Source of the DNA: a virus
Direction: 5' to 3' (one strand)
Virus genome (UHGV): UHGV-1378516
DNA: 64,000 nucleotides
The notes beneath the pieces were generated by a model that worked only from the letters and a program-made list of their open reading frames with translations, did not search any database and was not told the DNA's origin. The position numbers were made by a program, and so were the translations under genes. Each line of letters opens with the position of its first letter. Position 1 is the first letter of the stretch. Below are positions 33,608 through 43,546 of the stretch, piece by piece.

Positions 33608-34071
33608 TGCAACTCTCACAGAAAGGTTTAGAAGCTATTAAGTTCTTTGAAGGTCTGAAGCTAGAGGCTTACGAAGATTCTGCTGGAATCCCAACAATTG
33701 GGTATGGGACTATCCGTATTGCTGGTAAGCCTGTTAAGATGGGTATGAGGATTACCGCTGAACAAGCTGAACAGTATCTTCTCGCAGATGTTGAAAAGTT
33801 CGTTGCAGCAGTGAACAAAGCCGTCAAGGTTCCAACTTCTCAGAATGAGTTTGACGCACTTGTAAGTGAAACATACAACATTGGCATCACAGCCATGCAG
33901 GACTCTACATTTATCAAGCGCCACAACGATGGTAATAAGGTAGGTTGTGCAGAAGCTATGCAGTGGTGGAACAAGGTTACAGTCAAAGGTAAGAAGGTCA
34001 CTTCAAACGGCCTGAAAAACAGACGTAGAATGGAAGCTGACATTTATCTTGACAGTGTATACCCAAAGTAA
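33607..34071 (+). CDS. endolysin, T4-type lysozyme (GH24)
   Basis: 154 aa; ..FEGLKLEAYEDSAGIPTIGYG.. catalytic Glu/Asp/Thr pattern; followed by GGCTCC-TTCG-GGAGCC + T6 terminator. Confidence 0.85.
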   Translation: MQLSQKGLEAIKFFEGLKLEAYEDSAGIPTIGYGTIRIAGKPVKMGMRITAEQAEQYLLADVEKFVAAVNKAVKVPTSQNEFDALVSETYNIGITAMQDSTFIKRHNDGNKVGCAEAMQWWNKVTVKGKKVTSNGLKNRRRMEADIYLDSVYPK

Positions 34072-34081
34072 TATCTTCATA

Positions 34082-34103
34082 GGCTCCTTCGGGAGCCTTT
34101 TTT
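34082..34103 (+). terminator. rho-independent terminator after endolysin
   Basis: GGCTCC-TTCG-GGAGCC + T6. Confidence 0.7.
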
Positions 34104-34122
34104 ATTTTCTAAGGAGAAAACT

Positions 34123-34521
34123 ATGAAACTTTGGGCTAGTGACTTTGGAACTTTTAAGTACACTCGTAATGGCTCGCTTGTACGCATTGTCGGGAACAAT
34201 GTGGTTTCAAGAGGTGACAAGGTATATACACGGTTTACTGTAGAGCTTGTTGAACTGTCACCTATTGAGTCTGTGAACAATGGCCTGTTCAAGTTTGAGA
34301 CTTACAATGTCAACGAACATGGACAATTCAACCCTCTTGGTGAAAGTGGACTTGATATTATTTCAGAGCACCCATTGACAAAAGAGCAACTTGCAGGTTA
34401 CTATAAAACTGTTCTGGAAAGGCAGTTAGCAACACATGAACAAGAAGCTAACTACCATTTACAGCATTGCGAAACTTTAAGAGCAAAAATCGAACAAGCA
34501 GAGAGAGGTTTTTATGAATAA
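34123..34521 (+). CDS. hypothetical protein
   Basis: 132 aa; SD AAGGAGA. Confidence 0.5.
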   Translation: MKLWASDFGTFKYTRNGSLVRIVGNNVVSRGDKVYTRFTVELVELSPIESVNNGLFKFETYNVNEHGQFNPLGESGLDIISEHPLTKEQLAGYYKTVLERQLATHEQEANYHLQHCETLRAKIEQAERGFYE

Positions 34522-34903
34522 AGAGATTCAAGTAAAAGTTGACACTTTTGGACATGATGGTCGAGAAGATGCTGGACTTGCCGACGCAGTGATTTTTGAG
34601 TGTAATGGTAATATCAGTCTTCGCTTTACAGGCTCAGGTAGCACCCTTCGCAGAATGCGAGATGATGCAGATGGTTGCCCTGTATTTGGTTGGTATGACA
34701 TGGAGTTCCCACTTTATGCAATCCATTATCCAGATGGTGGGGAAGATTGGACGACTCAATCAATCCGTGATGAGCTTAACGGTATTCCAGTTGAGCAAGA
34801 AGAGCAAGAACCTGTTGAACTCACCTTCACTTTTATCAAAGAAGAGAAAGTTGGTGATTTGTCTGTAACTGAAGCAATTCAAGTCTCACAGGTTATTCGT
34901 TAA
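34514..34903 (+). CDS. hypothetical protein
   Basis: 129 aa, start overlaps upstream stop. Confidence 0.5.
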   Translation: MNKEIQVKVDTFGHDGREDAGLADAVIFECNGNISLRFTGSGSTLRRMRDDADGCPVFGWYDMEFPLYAIHYPDGGEDWTTQSIRDELNGIPVEQEEQEPVELTFTFIKEEKVGDLSVTEAIQVSQVIR

Positions 34904-35196
34904 TGAGTAAAGTACAGGTTGTTTTCCCTATTTGTGACTTCTCACTAGAGCGTGAACTTGACCTGTACGAAGAAATTACTGACGAAATTATCTGGTCTGT
35001 TGTAGAAGAGGCTATCAAGAAGCTGTATGGTGGCCTCTTAAACCCATCAAGTAAGAAGTTAAGCACTAAGCAAGTAGCTGACTCATATGTTTCATATGAT
35101 GCCTACAACAAACCTTTTGAGAATACCTGCTTTGACCTTATGGTAGGTAATAATAAAGTCAACTATTTCTTCGTCAGAGAGTTTAACGATGAGTAA
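34903..35196 (+). CDS. hypothetical protein
   Basis: 97 aa. Confidence 0.45.
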   Translation: MSKVQVVFPICDFSLERELDLYEEITDEIIWSVVEEAIKKLYGGLLNPSSKKLSTKQVADSYVSYDAYNKPFENTCFDLMVGNNKVNYFFVREFNDE

Positions 35197-35533
35197 GCTC
35201 CATGTCACAGTGTACAAAAACTTCTCAGATATCAAAGAGTCTTTAACAAATAAGCTTGACTTACAACGTAAAAGACTCTTTTTAATGTACGACATAGACA
35301 ACTACAACCATCCTAAAGAGTTTAACTACAAAGATGGTACAAAGGTTGTTGAGTTTGAAGATTCTGTGACGGTATATGTCAAGCATGACTTACCAGCAAA
35401 GTACATAGGGATGTTAGAGTACTACATATTCAAACATACTGGTATGCGTGGTGAATCTGTTAAGATATCTTCTATAGAAGTTTTTGAGAAACCTAACACA
35501 CAACTTAAAAAGTATTTAATGAGGAAACTGTAA
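35189..35533 (+). CDS. hypothetical protein
   Basis: 114 aa. Confidence 0.45.
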   Translation: MSKLHVTVYKNFSDIKESLTNKLDLQRKRLFLMYDIDNYNHPKEFNYKDGTKVVEFEDSVTVYVKHDLPAKYIGMLEYYIFKHTGMRGESVKISSIEVFEKPNTQLKKYLMRKL

Positions 35534-36114
35534 TGTCAGAAGAACATGAGCATATCCAACCAGAAGTTACATTAGTAAAACATTTCGGAAATGTAGAAGG
35601 CTGTGTAGCACTTTTTCAGACCAACATCAATTCTCCAGTCAAACTGTGCAAATTGACGATAAACACCAACAACATCAGTGTATGTGTGAATGAAGAAGTC
35701 CAATACTTCAAATTCAATGATAAAGAGGTTGATGCTGCACTGCTGAAATACAGAGCAAATCTTGAAAAAGATATTGACCATAAAGAAGTTGTGAGTCTCT
35801 TTGCAGACCTCCATAAGCTTCTTGATAAGGTTGAAAAAAGAACATATTACATGAATAACGGCTCTATCATCACCACTATGATTTCACCATGTATCTCTGA
35901 GCCAATCTTCACAGATGATGGTGCTTATTATATTGTAGCTTCAGCAGTGTCTGATTGGTGGTTAAAAAATAACGCCCTGAAAACAGTGATTGATGCTATC
36001 AGAGAGCACATCCCTACATTTAGCCCGTGGAAGGGTAAAGGTGATGAATTTATCGCACTGTTGAGTGAAGAGAGCAATAAGCGTAGCGCATTACTGCCTA
36101 AAAAATACTCTTGA
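35533..36114 (+). CDS. hypothetical protein
   Basis: 193 aa; followed by hairpin + T5. Confidence 0.5.
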   Translation: MSEEHEHIQPEVTLVKHFGNVEGCVALFQTNINSPVKLCKLTINTNNISVCVNEEVQYFKFNDKEVDAALLKYRANLEKDIDHKEVVSLFADLHKLLDKVEKRTYYMNNGSIITTMISPCISEPIFTDDGAYYIVASAVSDWWLKNNALKTVIDAIREHIPTFSPWKGKGDEFIALLSEESNKRSALLPKKYS

Positions 36115-36139
36115 CCGAGTATACAATATTGATTATGAT

Positions 36140-36168
36140 GGGAGCTATCGAGAGGTAGTTCCCTTTTT
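36140..36168 (+). terminator. rho-independent terminator
   Basis: GGGAGCT..AGTTCCC hairpin + T5. Confidence 0.5.
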
Positions 36169-36186
36169 AGTTTCTGGAGAATAGAT

Positions 36187-36732
36187 ATGGCTAAAGTGAA
36201 AGAACACGATAAAATTATTTTGTATGTTAAACAGAATCCTTCAAAGAGTGTTGAGGCTGTTGTAACACACATCTCACACAATGGGATAGTTTATTTTCGA
36301 CCACTGAAGAACTTAGACTTTGACACAACACCAAACCATACATTTAGTACTTCTGCAAGACTGTGTGCTGGAACTGTATACTCGACTGCTGAGATTGAGT
36401 CCTTATCTTTCACAGGTGCTTACAAGAACTTTATAGGTATTGCTTTAAAGGACTCTGAGGAATCTTTTAAATTTTTCATGGAGACCAATAAAGGTTGCTA
36501 TGCACATGTTATGCCAGTCTATAAGAAAGTTGACACAGAACTTACAAGCAAGTGCGAAGAGATTAGCAGCGACCTGAAGGAGCGTAAAACAGCTATTCAG
36601 AATGCCATTTACATCATTGAGAGGGACCACTTAGAAGTTCTTTTCAGAGATATGCTAAAAGCAGGGTTTACTCCAAACGAAATTACAAGAGAAACACAAC
36701 GCCAGTTCAGAAATGCTATGGTGAAAGAATGA
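36187..36732 (+). CDS. hypothetical protein
   Basis: 181 aa; SD GGAGAA. Confidence 0.5.
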   Translation: MAKVKEHDKIILYVKQNPSKSVEAVVTHISHNGIVYFRPLKNLDFDTTPNHTFSTSARLCAGTVYSTAEIESLSFTGAYKNFIGIALKDSEESFKFFMETNKGCYAHVMPVYKKVDTELTSKCEEISSDLKERKTAIQNAIYIIERDHLEVLFRDMLKAGFTPNEITRETQRQFRNAMVKE

Positions 36733-36947
36733 AAAAACTAACTACAGTTGAAGATTACTACAAACTGTCCTTGTTAGAACAGTATCGCAGAAGCCAGAAT
36801 ATAAGAAAATGCTATGGTAAGCACGCTGAAGGTGACTTTTACCATTGTTACGATGCAGATTTAAAAGGTGTAACACCTAGAGGAAAAGTTCTGCAAAGAT
36901 TTGTTGACCTTGAATGGAACAAACGATTGAGAGGGGTTGGGAAATGA
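36729..36947 (+). CDS. hypothetical protein
   Basis: 72 aa, start overlaps upstream stop. Confidence 0.4.
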   Translation: MKKLTTVEDYYKLSLLEQYRRSQNIRKCYGKHAEGDFYHCYDADLKGVTPRGKVLQRFVDLEWNKRLRGVGK

Positions 36948-37447
36948 TTTACGAAGAAAGATATAAGATAGACTATCAGGATACTCGCCACCACACTTCT
37001 TTAAGAGTAACCAAACCAAATGGGGATACTGGTATCATAGCACATTTTGGTGGTGATTATTGGTACGGTACAGGTTGCTTTGAAGGCTACACTCAAGAAT
37101 ACTTGAAAGCTTTCTACAGAGACTTTACAAATGACTACAACAGGGTTGTTGAAGAGAAGAATAAGTGCATTAAGCATGAATACCACGCCAGAGGTTGTCT
37201 GAATATTGTTATGATACTGGTTTTCTTCTTAGCAACATTACTAGCCGTATCATCAATCAGCTACATAGCTCAAGACTTGACCATTACACAGATTACTGCA
37301 AAGGTACATGATGTTTGGTACTTGTATGCTGTTCCTTTAGCTGTTATCATCATCTCACTAATGAGGTTCAGAGTTCATAAGAAACGACTTAAGGACTCTG
37401 AGGTTAAACTTGAAGAGGTAAGTAAAGAATGCAACCTACAATTATAG
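36944..37447 (+). CDS. hypothetical membrane protein
   Basis: Track ORF starts 36914; ATG at 36944 has SD GAGAGG and a 4-nt overlap with upstream stop; one hydrophobic helix. Confidence 0.45.
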   Translation: MIYEERYKIDYQDTRHHTSLRVTKPNGDTGIIAHFGGDYWYGTGCFEGYTQEYLKAFYRDFTNDYNRVVEEKNKCIKHEYHARGCLNIVMILVFFLATLLAVSSISYIAQDLTITQITAKVHDVWYLYAVPLAVIIISLMRFRVHKKRLKDSEVKLEEVSKECNLQL

Positions 37448-37523
37448 CCGTATGTGTTCGTTTTGCAATCGCTGAAATGATTAACAAGGCAATCTTGAAA
37501 GATGCCTATGGAGAGACTAAGTA

Positions 37524-37748
37524 ATGATTAAGACACCTGTACCAATTTTTGGATTTCCTTCTATAGAAGAGTTCAAAGTTTATCTTGACAAAAACTTCTA
37601 CAATGAGCAGCCTGTTACTTTACTGAAGAGTGACTTATCAGAGCTTCTTGATATGGTTATCAAGGCAACTTCTGAGAAGGAACCTGAGCAGAAAGCTGAG
37701 AAGAAGACTAGCAAGAAATCCGATAAGAAGACTGAAAAGTCTGAGTAG
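37524..37748 (+). CDS. hypothetical protein, Lys/Glu-rich C-terminus
   Basis: 74 aa. Confidence 0.45.
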   Translation: MIKTPVPIFGFPSIEEFKVYLDKNFYNEQPVTLLKSDLSELLDMVIKATSEKEPEQKAEKKTSKKSDKKTEKSE

Positions 37749-37803
37749 TAACTTGAGGGGGTTACTTGATAGCCCCTTTGTAGAAACTTAGAAGGTAGCG
37801 AAT

Positions 37804-38232
37804 ATGCAAATCATTGCTGGTCAAGAGCTTGACATCATAGATGCAAAAACACAGAAGTATATCGCAACAGTGAAGGTTATAGGGGTTAGGGATTGGAATA
37901 CTGAATACCCCATTCAATGCCTTGTGCTGGAAAAGTTTAAAGCTAATGGTGTACACTTTTATCATGGTGACTACATCAGCTTTAACAAAGACGGCTATTG
38001 GCAAGGTAAGAACCATCCTCAAGCAAATGAGTTTGATATGCGTCTAGTGATACCACAAAAAGGTAATCCACAAAACGTAAAAGATATCCTTGTGGAAGCC
38101 TATGCAGAAGGTATAATAGATGTTGTGCATGATGTTGAAGAAGCTTTAAAACTCATTATGCCACATTTAGAATCTGGAAAGCTGACTTTAGAGATGCTTA
38201 ATAGGGTTATTCGGAGAGCTTATGAAAATTAA
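37804..38232 (+). CDS. hypothetical protein
   Basis: 142 aa. Confidence 0.5.
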   Translation: MQIIAGQELDIIDAKTQKYIATVKVIGVRDWNTEYPIQCLVLEKFKANGVHFYHGDYISFNKDGYWQGKNHPQANEFDMRLVIPQKGNPQNVKDILVEAYAEGIIDVVHDVEEALKLIMPHLESGKLTLEMLNRVIRRAYEN

Positions 38233-38686
38233 AGAAGTAGTTCAAAAAGCAATGCTTAACAATTCAACTAAAGATAAAATGTACAAAGAGATTTGTGATA
38301 AGCTGAGTTGTTCAAGACATGCTGCTAAGGCTCTTGTGCATTGCTTTATCTTGGAATGCTCAGAAGCTTATATGAAACATATAGCTTTTGAAAGTTCTAA
38401 CTTACTAGGTGATGTAGAAGTTGGTGAGAAGCTAAAAGAACCTGAAGTGAAAACAGTTCCTAAAGTTGGTAATGTATACCGACTTAAAGACTTCAAGACT
38501 GGAGAGGTTGTTGCAAAAGGTGTAGTAGAGTCTGTTTATCATGACGGTAAATACCTATTTAAGATATTTGAGTGTGATAGCATCTATTTACATTTGTTTG
38601 GTCTTACATTCTTAGTAACAGAAGAAGACCTCATTAAGAACAACGGCAACAAGTTTGCAGTTCCAGCTTACCAAGTTTTACGATAA
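38222..38686 (+). CDS. hypothetical protein
   Basis: 154 aa. Confidence 0.5.
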   Translation: MKIKEVVQKAMLNNSTKDKMYKEICDKLSCSRHAAKALVHCFILECSEAYMKHIAFESSNLLGDVEVGEKLKEPEVKTVPKVGNVYRLKDFKTGEVVAKGVVESVYHDGKYLFKIFECDSIYLHLFGLTFLVTEEDLIKNNGNKFAVPAYQVLR

Positions 38687-38699
38687 TGGTGTGATAGCT

Positions 38700-39248
38700 A
38701 TGGAAAAAGATAACTTAAAAGATGTTGAAGGTAACTATCTAGTCCTTGATTGGAGTGATGCTCAAGAAGCACTCTCTGAAGAAAGTCTTGACAGATTAAA
38801 ACAGATTGTTTTTGCAGTACGGGGTTACAGAGAAGTTAAAAATGGTAAAGACCCACTTGAAGGAGTCTTTGTAGAGAAATCTTATCCGTTCTATGAAGAC
38901 ACTTTGCAGAAAGTTAAGATGTACTTTAGACAGAAGAACCGTAAAGTGGTCACTATGGTATCTCTTGGTGGACAGAATATGTCTGTGATGGAAGATATTA
39001 ATCCTAAGAGACCGAGTAAAGGTATCTGTATAAAAATCACAGGACATGAAGAGTATATCTCAGTGGATGACTTTAGTGCATTCTGTAATGGCTCTTGCGT
39101 CTTTAATGGTTTTCACTATGATATCCGAGTGTACCCAATTAAGGGTGATGATATCATGATGCAGGTATTCGATAATAACAATGGATTTACTCATTTTTAT
39201 CAGACAACCAAGTCATCATTGAAAACAGTTCTGGAAACACTGATTTAA
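38700..39248 (+). CDS. hypothetical protein
   Basis: Track ORF 38655..39248 starts with TTG inside upstream gene; trimmed to first in-frame ATG; followed by strong terminator. Confidence 0.45.
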   Translation: MEKDNLKDVEGNYLVLDWSDAQEALSEESLDRLKQIVFAVRGYREVKNGKDPLEGVFVEKSYPFYEDTLQKVKMYFRQKNRKVVTMVSLGGQNMSVMEDINPKRPSKGICIKITGHEEYISVDDFSAFCNGSCVFNGFHYDIRVYPIKGDDIMMQVFDNNNGFTHFYQTTKSSLKTVLETLI

Positions 39249-39259
39249 AATATCTTAAG

Positions 39260-39290
39260 AGCCCCCTTAATTGGGGGCTTTTTAATTTTT
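39260..39290 (+). terminator. rho-independent terminator ending plus-strand block
   Basis: AGCCCCC-ttaatt-GGGGGCT + TTTTTAATTTTT. Confidence 0.7.
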
Positions 39291-40876
39291 ATAAAATTTT
39301 ATCGGTTGTTCCAACCTCTGGGTCACCATCATATGTGAATAAAATATCTATCCTTCTTAACAACCTTCTTAATCTTACTCTCTATATAGTTATATAGTAC
39401 TATATAGTATCTTAGTAACTATCTAGTGGTCTTAATAGCCCTCTGTATAACCCTTCTAAATAGCCCTCTAAACACTCTTCTAACAAGCCTTCTTAACAAC
39501 CTATACAATCACCTTAACCATCTCTCTATACCCTCTTAGAAGCCCCTATACACCTCTTAATCTCTAGGTTAGCTATGATACCCTCTATAGGTGTTCACTA
39601 GGTATTACTAAGCCTCTATATAGACTGTTTTAACAAACTTAACAGGAATATCTTCACAGACCTTATCTCACAAGGTCTAACACGGTACTAACAAGGTATC
39701 TTATAAGCCTGTTTCTACCTGTATTTTTAAAAGACTGTCTAGGTAATTATTCAGATTTTTAAAATTTTTATAAAATAGGACTATCAAGTCATTTTTTAGG
39801 GTCTTTGAAGGAACTCAAAAATATCTGTAGGAGATGTATATCTGCTTGGTAGCCCTTAACAGCTCCCTTACAAGTACTTTGCAAAATTTTAAAATATCCT
39901 TAACAATCTCTTAACAGTTCTCACATCTTCTTAACAACTCTTCAAAGGTCTTAACAGTTTCTTAACAGAACTAACAAGGGCTTAACAGTTTTCTAACAAG
40001 TGCTGAATAGGTTTTACAGAATCTTAACAGATGACTAACAAGAGCTAACAAGTTAATTTTAAAGAGTTATTTTGTTAGGGATTGGTAACAATACCAATTA
40101 GATAACTAACAAGTTCCTAATAAGTGTTTAATCTTTTTAACAAGCTATTAACATGGTCACTATCTCTTTTCTTATCGTTCCCTTTCTCTCTTAGTGATTC
40201 TCTAAACATACCTTTTAAAAACTCTCTATAGCTCCTTGTAAGCTCTTTTAAATCTCTTCCTAGTATCTACCCATCAACTGTATGGATAGCTCTTTATAGG
40301 GCTTTACAGGAGCTTTTAAGGCTATGTCAAAGACTCTTACAAGGCTTTTACGTGGTCTTAACAGAGATTTAACAAGGGGCTAACAAGTCTCTAACAAGAA
40401 TAACTATGTAGGGATTGTTAAGAAATTGTTAAGAAAATGTTAAGGGGGCTAGCATTTACGTAACTTTATAGCCTTTTTTACGTTACTTTGAAGTAACTTT
40501 ATAGCCCCTATAACATGCTTTTTAGTGACTATCAAGGGGATTGTTTAGTTATTCACAAGATACTAGCCAGCCTATAAACTTTCACCCTTATAAGATTCTT
40601 TTAAGGCTCTGGGAAGCTCTATAAAGGGCTTTTTAGAGTGGGTTAATATGATTGCTTAAGTTAGGTTGATAAGGCTGTTATAGAGCTTTATAGAGCGTTT
40701 TAGTGGTTGCCCTTCCCTTTCGGATTATGGGCTTGTATTTAAGTTGATTTGATAAAAGGTTATAGAGTAGACTATAGAGTTATTGCTTTTAAGGTATGGG
40801 ATAGATTCTATCGAATTAGTGGGATAGATTCTGGGAAGGAAAGGAAAGGGTTTTAATAGAGGCTATTACATAGACG
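39291..40876. repeat. ORF-free repeat-dense region (candidate origin/iteron or regulatory hub)
   Basis: No ORF of 60 aa or more on either strand; over 30 copies of YTAACAR heptamers with orientation flip near 40400; CTCTATA/TATATAG family; short direct repeats. Confidence 0.6.
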
Positions 40877-40899
40877 TAAAAAGCCCCATTTAAGGGGCT
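40877..40899 (-). terminator. rho-independent terminator ending minus-strand small-gene cluster
   Basis: Minus-sense AGCCCCU-uaaau-GGGGCU + U5. Confidence 0.6.
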
Positions 40900-40937
40900 G
40901 TAAAGGTATCTGGGGCTATTTAGCCCCGTTGCGTCGA

Positions 40938-41186
40938 TTAGTTATGACCGTCTTTATCGTAATAAAGAGAAATAATTTTATCGCCCCAATAGTGCCAATG
41001 TGTACCATCTTTCACCGCTTCTTGAATAGCTGCAATCCAAAAATCCGATTCAGGGTTATAATCCTTGACAATCTGGCTAACAAGGCTTTTCACCATGTCA
41101 AAAGCACTGTCAGTGCCTATAATGTCAAATTTAACGTCCAGAGAGTAGAAGCCAAATTCGTTAACAGTTGCGCGGATAGTAGCCAT
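40938..41186 (-). CDS. hypothetical small protein (cassette-driven)
   Basis: Track ORF 40938..41429 reads through the upstream cassette; real start is ATG at 41186 after SD AGGAGA. Confidence 0.55.
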   Translation of the reverse strand: MATIRATVNEFGFYSLDVKFDIIGTDSAFDMVKSLVSQIVKDYNPESDFWIAAIQEAVKDGTHWHYWGDKIISLYYDKDGHN

Positions 41187-41282
41187 TTTAGAATCTCCTA
41201 GTTTAAGGGTTTTATTTAGTGGGGTGGGGGTTATCTCCTCCCCGTTGATTAGTAATTTACTGCATATTGGCGTATGTTGCAA
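41187..41282 (-). promoter_or_regulatory. type-1 promoter/5' stem-loop cassette, copy 1 (variant stem)
   Basis: Minus strand TTGCAA-17-TAAATT, G-rich stem-loop, conserved ACTAAATAAA..CTAGGAGATTCTAAA, ATG. Confidence 0.6.
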
Positions 41283-41520
41283 GCCTTTTTTCGTTGTATT
41301 TTGTAAGAATCTCACAAGATAAAACATCGAACTTTGTAACCGCGTTGCCTTTGTCGAGGTCAAAAAAGCCAAACGCTTTACCATCTTTGAATCCGACAAC
41401 TTCGTAAGACTCTTTGATGATTTCATCATTGAACAAATCGCTTTCGATACGGTGGAATAATGCTACATCTTCTTTGTCGGTTGCAATTTGTAAAAGTGTG
41501 GTTAATTCTACGTTTTCCAT
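41257..41520 (-). CDS. hypothetical small protein (cassette-driven)
   Basis: 87 aa; ATG directly after cassette. Confidence 0.55.
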   Translation of the reverse strand: MENVELTTLLQIATDKEDVALFHRIESDLFNDEIIKESYEVVGFKDGKAFGFFDLDKGNAVTKFDVLSCEILTKYNEKRLATYANMQ

Positions 41521-41612
41521 CTTGATAACTCCAGTTTAGGACTTTATTTAGTGGGGAAGGTCATTCCCTCCCCGTTGATTGACAATTTACAGACTTTTGA
41601 TTGTTTCGTCAA
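41521..41612 (-). promoter_or_regulatory. type-1 promoter/5' stem-loop cassette, copy 2
   Basis: TTGACG-17-TAAATT; stem GGGGAGGG-aatga-CCTTCCCC (G-U wobble only in minus-sense RNA); SD; ATG 41520. Confidence 0.65.
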
Positions 41613-42117
41613 TATCTTTTTCAATATCTTTTAAAGTTTTTTCTAAGTTCTTGATATTGAAAGATAAACCTTCACCGAGAGTCTTAGAGTAACCGCTAGG
41701 ACGTAAATCATAAAGGCTAATTTGTTCTACATTAGAGAGGCTGACCATTTCACCGCTTACATCATAAGCTATTGATACAGTATTTTCAGGGGCTTTATAG
41801 AACTTGTTTAGTGACTTGATAGAACGTTCATAAGCCATTTTATAACCGTTTAAAAGGTTTTTAACATGGTTGTAAACGTTTTTACACTCATCCAAGTAAA
41901 TCCCTAAGAATAGCGGTAATAATTCTGCTACAGCTTGCATAAAGTGAGAGACTACAACGGTTGCAGCATTACGACGATGAACGTAATAAGCTCCGTTTTC
42001 TGATTTAGTGATGGTTGCAAAGTGTACCCCATTGCAGCGAAATTCGTAGGTATCTTTGACAGGCTTTGACATTACAGCACTTGAGCGGATGTAATTGATG
42101 GCTTTGAACTTGTTCAT
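41587..42117 (-). CDS. hypothetical protein (cassette-driven)
   Basis: Track ORF 41587..42210 trimmed to ATG at 42117 downstream of cassette SD. Confidence 0.55.
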   Translation of the reverse strand: MNKFKAINYIRSSAVMSKPVKDTYEFRCNGVHFATITKSENGAYYVHRRNAATVVVSHFMQAVAELLPLFLGIYLDECKNVYNHVKNLLNGYKMAYERSIKSLNKFYKAPENTVSIAYDVSGEMVSLSNVEQISLYDLRPSGYSKTLGEGLSFNIKNLEKTLKDIEKDIDETIKSL

Positions 42118-42210
42118 TTTAGAGTCTCCTAGTTTAAGGATTTTGTTTAGTGGGAAGGTCATTCCCTCCCCGTTGATTAGTAATTTACTTGCTTTGATAG
42201 CTGATTGCAA
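42118..42210 (-). promoter_or_regulatory. type-1 promoter/5' stem-loop cassette, copy 3
   Basis: TTGCAA-17-TAAATT; same stem-loop and SD; ATG 42117. Confidence 0.65.
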
Positions 42211-42338
42211 GCAATTTTTTAAGCTTATCTATAAAGAATCTTTTAAGTGAATCCTTTTAGATAAACCCCCTCGAACAAAGTTACCAATGTCAAGGGGTAT
42301 TGTCAACACTTTTTTAAAAGTTTTTTGTAAGTTATTGA

Positions 42339-42680
42339 TTAACTGATGAATATTTTTTCAGGTTTTACATAGCTGATACGCTGACTTTTTAGCAGGTCAT
42401 CCCAGATTAACGCGGCGATATGGGCATAACCGGATTCACGTAAAAGTTTCATTGTTTTACTTCTCGTTTCAAAACGGCTTGCGTAGTACTCACTATTTAA
42501 AACCGTTTTATTCCCTTCGTTATCTACATGGATAACCTGCATCACTTGAAAGGGGCTTGTGTCCTCGCCTTTATTCCACTGTTCAAAGTATTTTAGGCAC
42601 TGCATAGGTGACATCTTATCACTAACCTGAGTTGACCAAGATGAACCCTCTTTATCGGTAATTACGGTTACATAAGCCAT
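42339..42680 (-). CDS. hypothetical protein (cassette-driven)
   Basis: 113 aa. Confidence 0.55.
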   Translation of the reverse strand: MAYVTVITDKEGSSWSTQVSDKMSPMQCLKYFEQWNKGEDTSPFQVMQVIHVDNEGNKTVLNSEYYASRFETRSKTMKLLRESGYAHIAALIWDDLLKSQRISYVKPEKIFIS

Positions 42681-42775
42681 TTTTAGAATCTCCTAGTTTA
42701 AGGACTTTATTTAGTGGGGAAGGTCATTCCCTCCCCGTTGATGTGTAATTTAATCTATCTAAAAAACAGTGTCAA
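42681..42775 (-). promoter_or_regulatory. type-1 promoter/5' stem-loop cassette, copy 4
   Basis: TTGACA-17-TAAATT; same stem-loop and SD; ATG 42680. Confidence 0.65.
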
Positions 42776-42784
42776 CAAAATTTT

Positions 42785-43189
42785 TTAGAGTTCTGCATAA
42801 ATTGCGTCGCAGATGTCACGAAAGTCATGATTTGCCAAATTACGTTGTAACCAAGTGGCAAAGAAATCAGCGATTGCAAAATTTGCGTCATACTCGACAG
42901 ATAGCCACACTTTAACAGCAAATCTAAACATTTTCAAGTCTAACTCTTTATTCATTACCTTAGATTTGCCTAACATGTCGGCCATTTCATATTGTGCGCC
43001 ATCTAGTGTGATACCTGCTGCAACGTCAGCCAATGAACTTTTTACGTTTTCAACGTCTAAGATAACGCTTTGAATCTTTCCGATAATGTTGTGCAATGTT
43101 TCATCAGGCGCTGATGATGTCAGAACATTAATCCGGTTGACGGTCAAACGTGCTTTTAAGATTGATAATTCACGGTTATTAATGGTCAT
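42785..43189 (-). CDS. hypothetical protein (operator-cassette-driven)
   Basis: 134 aa. Confidence 0.55.
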   Translation of the reverse strand: MTINNRELSILKARLTVNRINVLTSSAPDETLHNIIGKIQSVILDVENVKSSLADVAAGITLDGAQYEMADMLGKSKVMNKELDLKMFRFAVKVWLSVEYDANFAIADFFATWLQRNLANHDFRDICDAIYAEL

Positions 43190-43277
43190 TTTAGAATCTC
43201 CAATTTAGGATTGAGTGGTAAAGCTCTTTATCTGGGGCTATCTTATCAGCTTGATAACCCCCTGTAAAGTACTTTAC
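43190..43277 (-). promoter_or_regulatory. type-2 cassette with palindromic operators, copy 1
   Basis: Perfect palindrome GTAAAGTACTTTAC overlapping -35-like TTTACA; second half-site pair TAAAG-ctc-TTTA downstream; SD; ATG 43189. Confidence 0.6.
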
Positions 43278-43546
43278 ACTAAATGCAGTTTTTTACCTTT
43301 TACTATAATGTAACTCGATGCACTATTGCTTTGCACATCCTGATAAATTCTGCGCAAACGGCCTTCGTAGTGTACTTTCCAACTGGTTGGAATCTTTTTA
43401 CCGTATCCCGTAGCAGTTTTTTGGAGTCCTGCGACTTGCCAATCTAAGATATGTTGTTCAGCTTGTAAGTCTTCAAAGTGCATGACACCATCTACATAGT
43501 GACGTAGTGTGACATTTAAAGTGCGACCGTTGTTAGTAGTATACAT
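43274..43546 (-). CDS. hypothetical protein (cassette-driven)
   Basis: 90 aa. Confidence 0.5.
   Translation of the reverse strand: MYTTNNGRTLNVTLRHYVDGVMHFEDLQAEQHILDWQVAGLQKTATGYGKKIPTSWKVHYEGRLRRIYQDVQSNSASSYIIVKGKKLHLV

Noticed and set aside
39291-40876. Possible CRISPR array, given the density of short repeats
   Set aside because: Repeats are 7-14 bp, irregularly spaced and of several families; no 25-40 bp direct repeats alternating with unique spacers, and no cas genes in the window.
40938-41429. Long track ORFs 40938..41429 and 41587..42210 as real 163/207-aa proteins
   Set aside because: Their N-terminal segments are translations of the conserved cassette (shared ..LINGE...PLNK.LKLGDSKM.. 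peptide); real starts are the ATGs just after the cassette SD.
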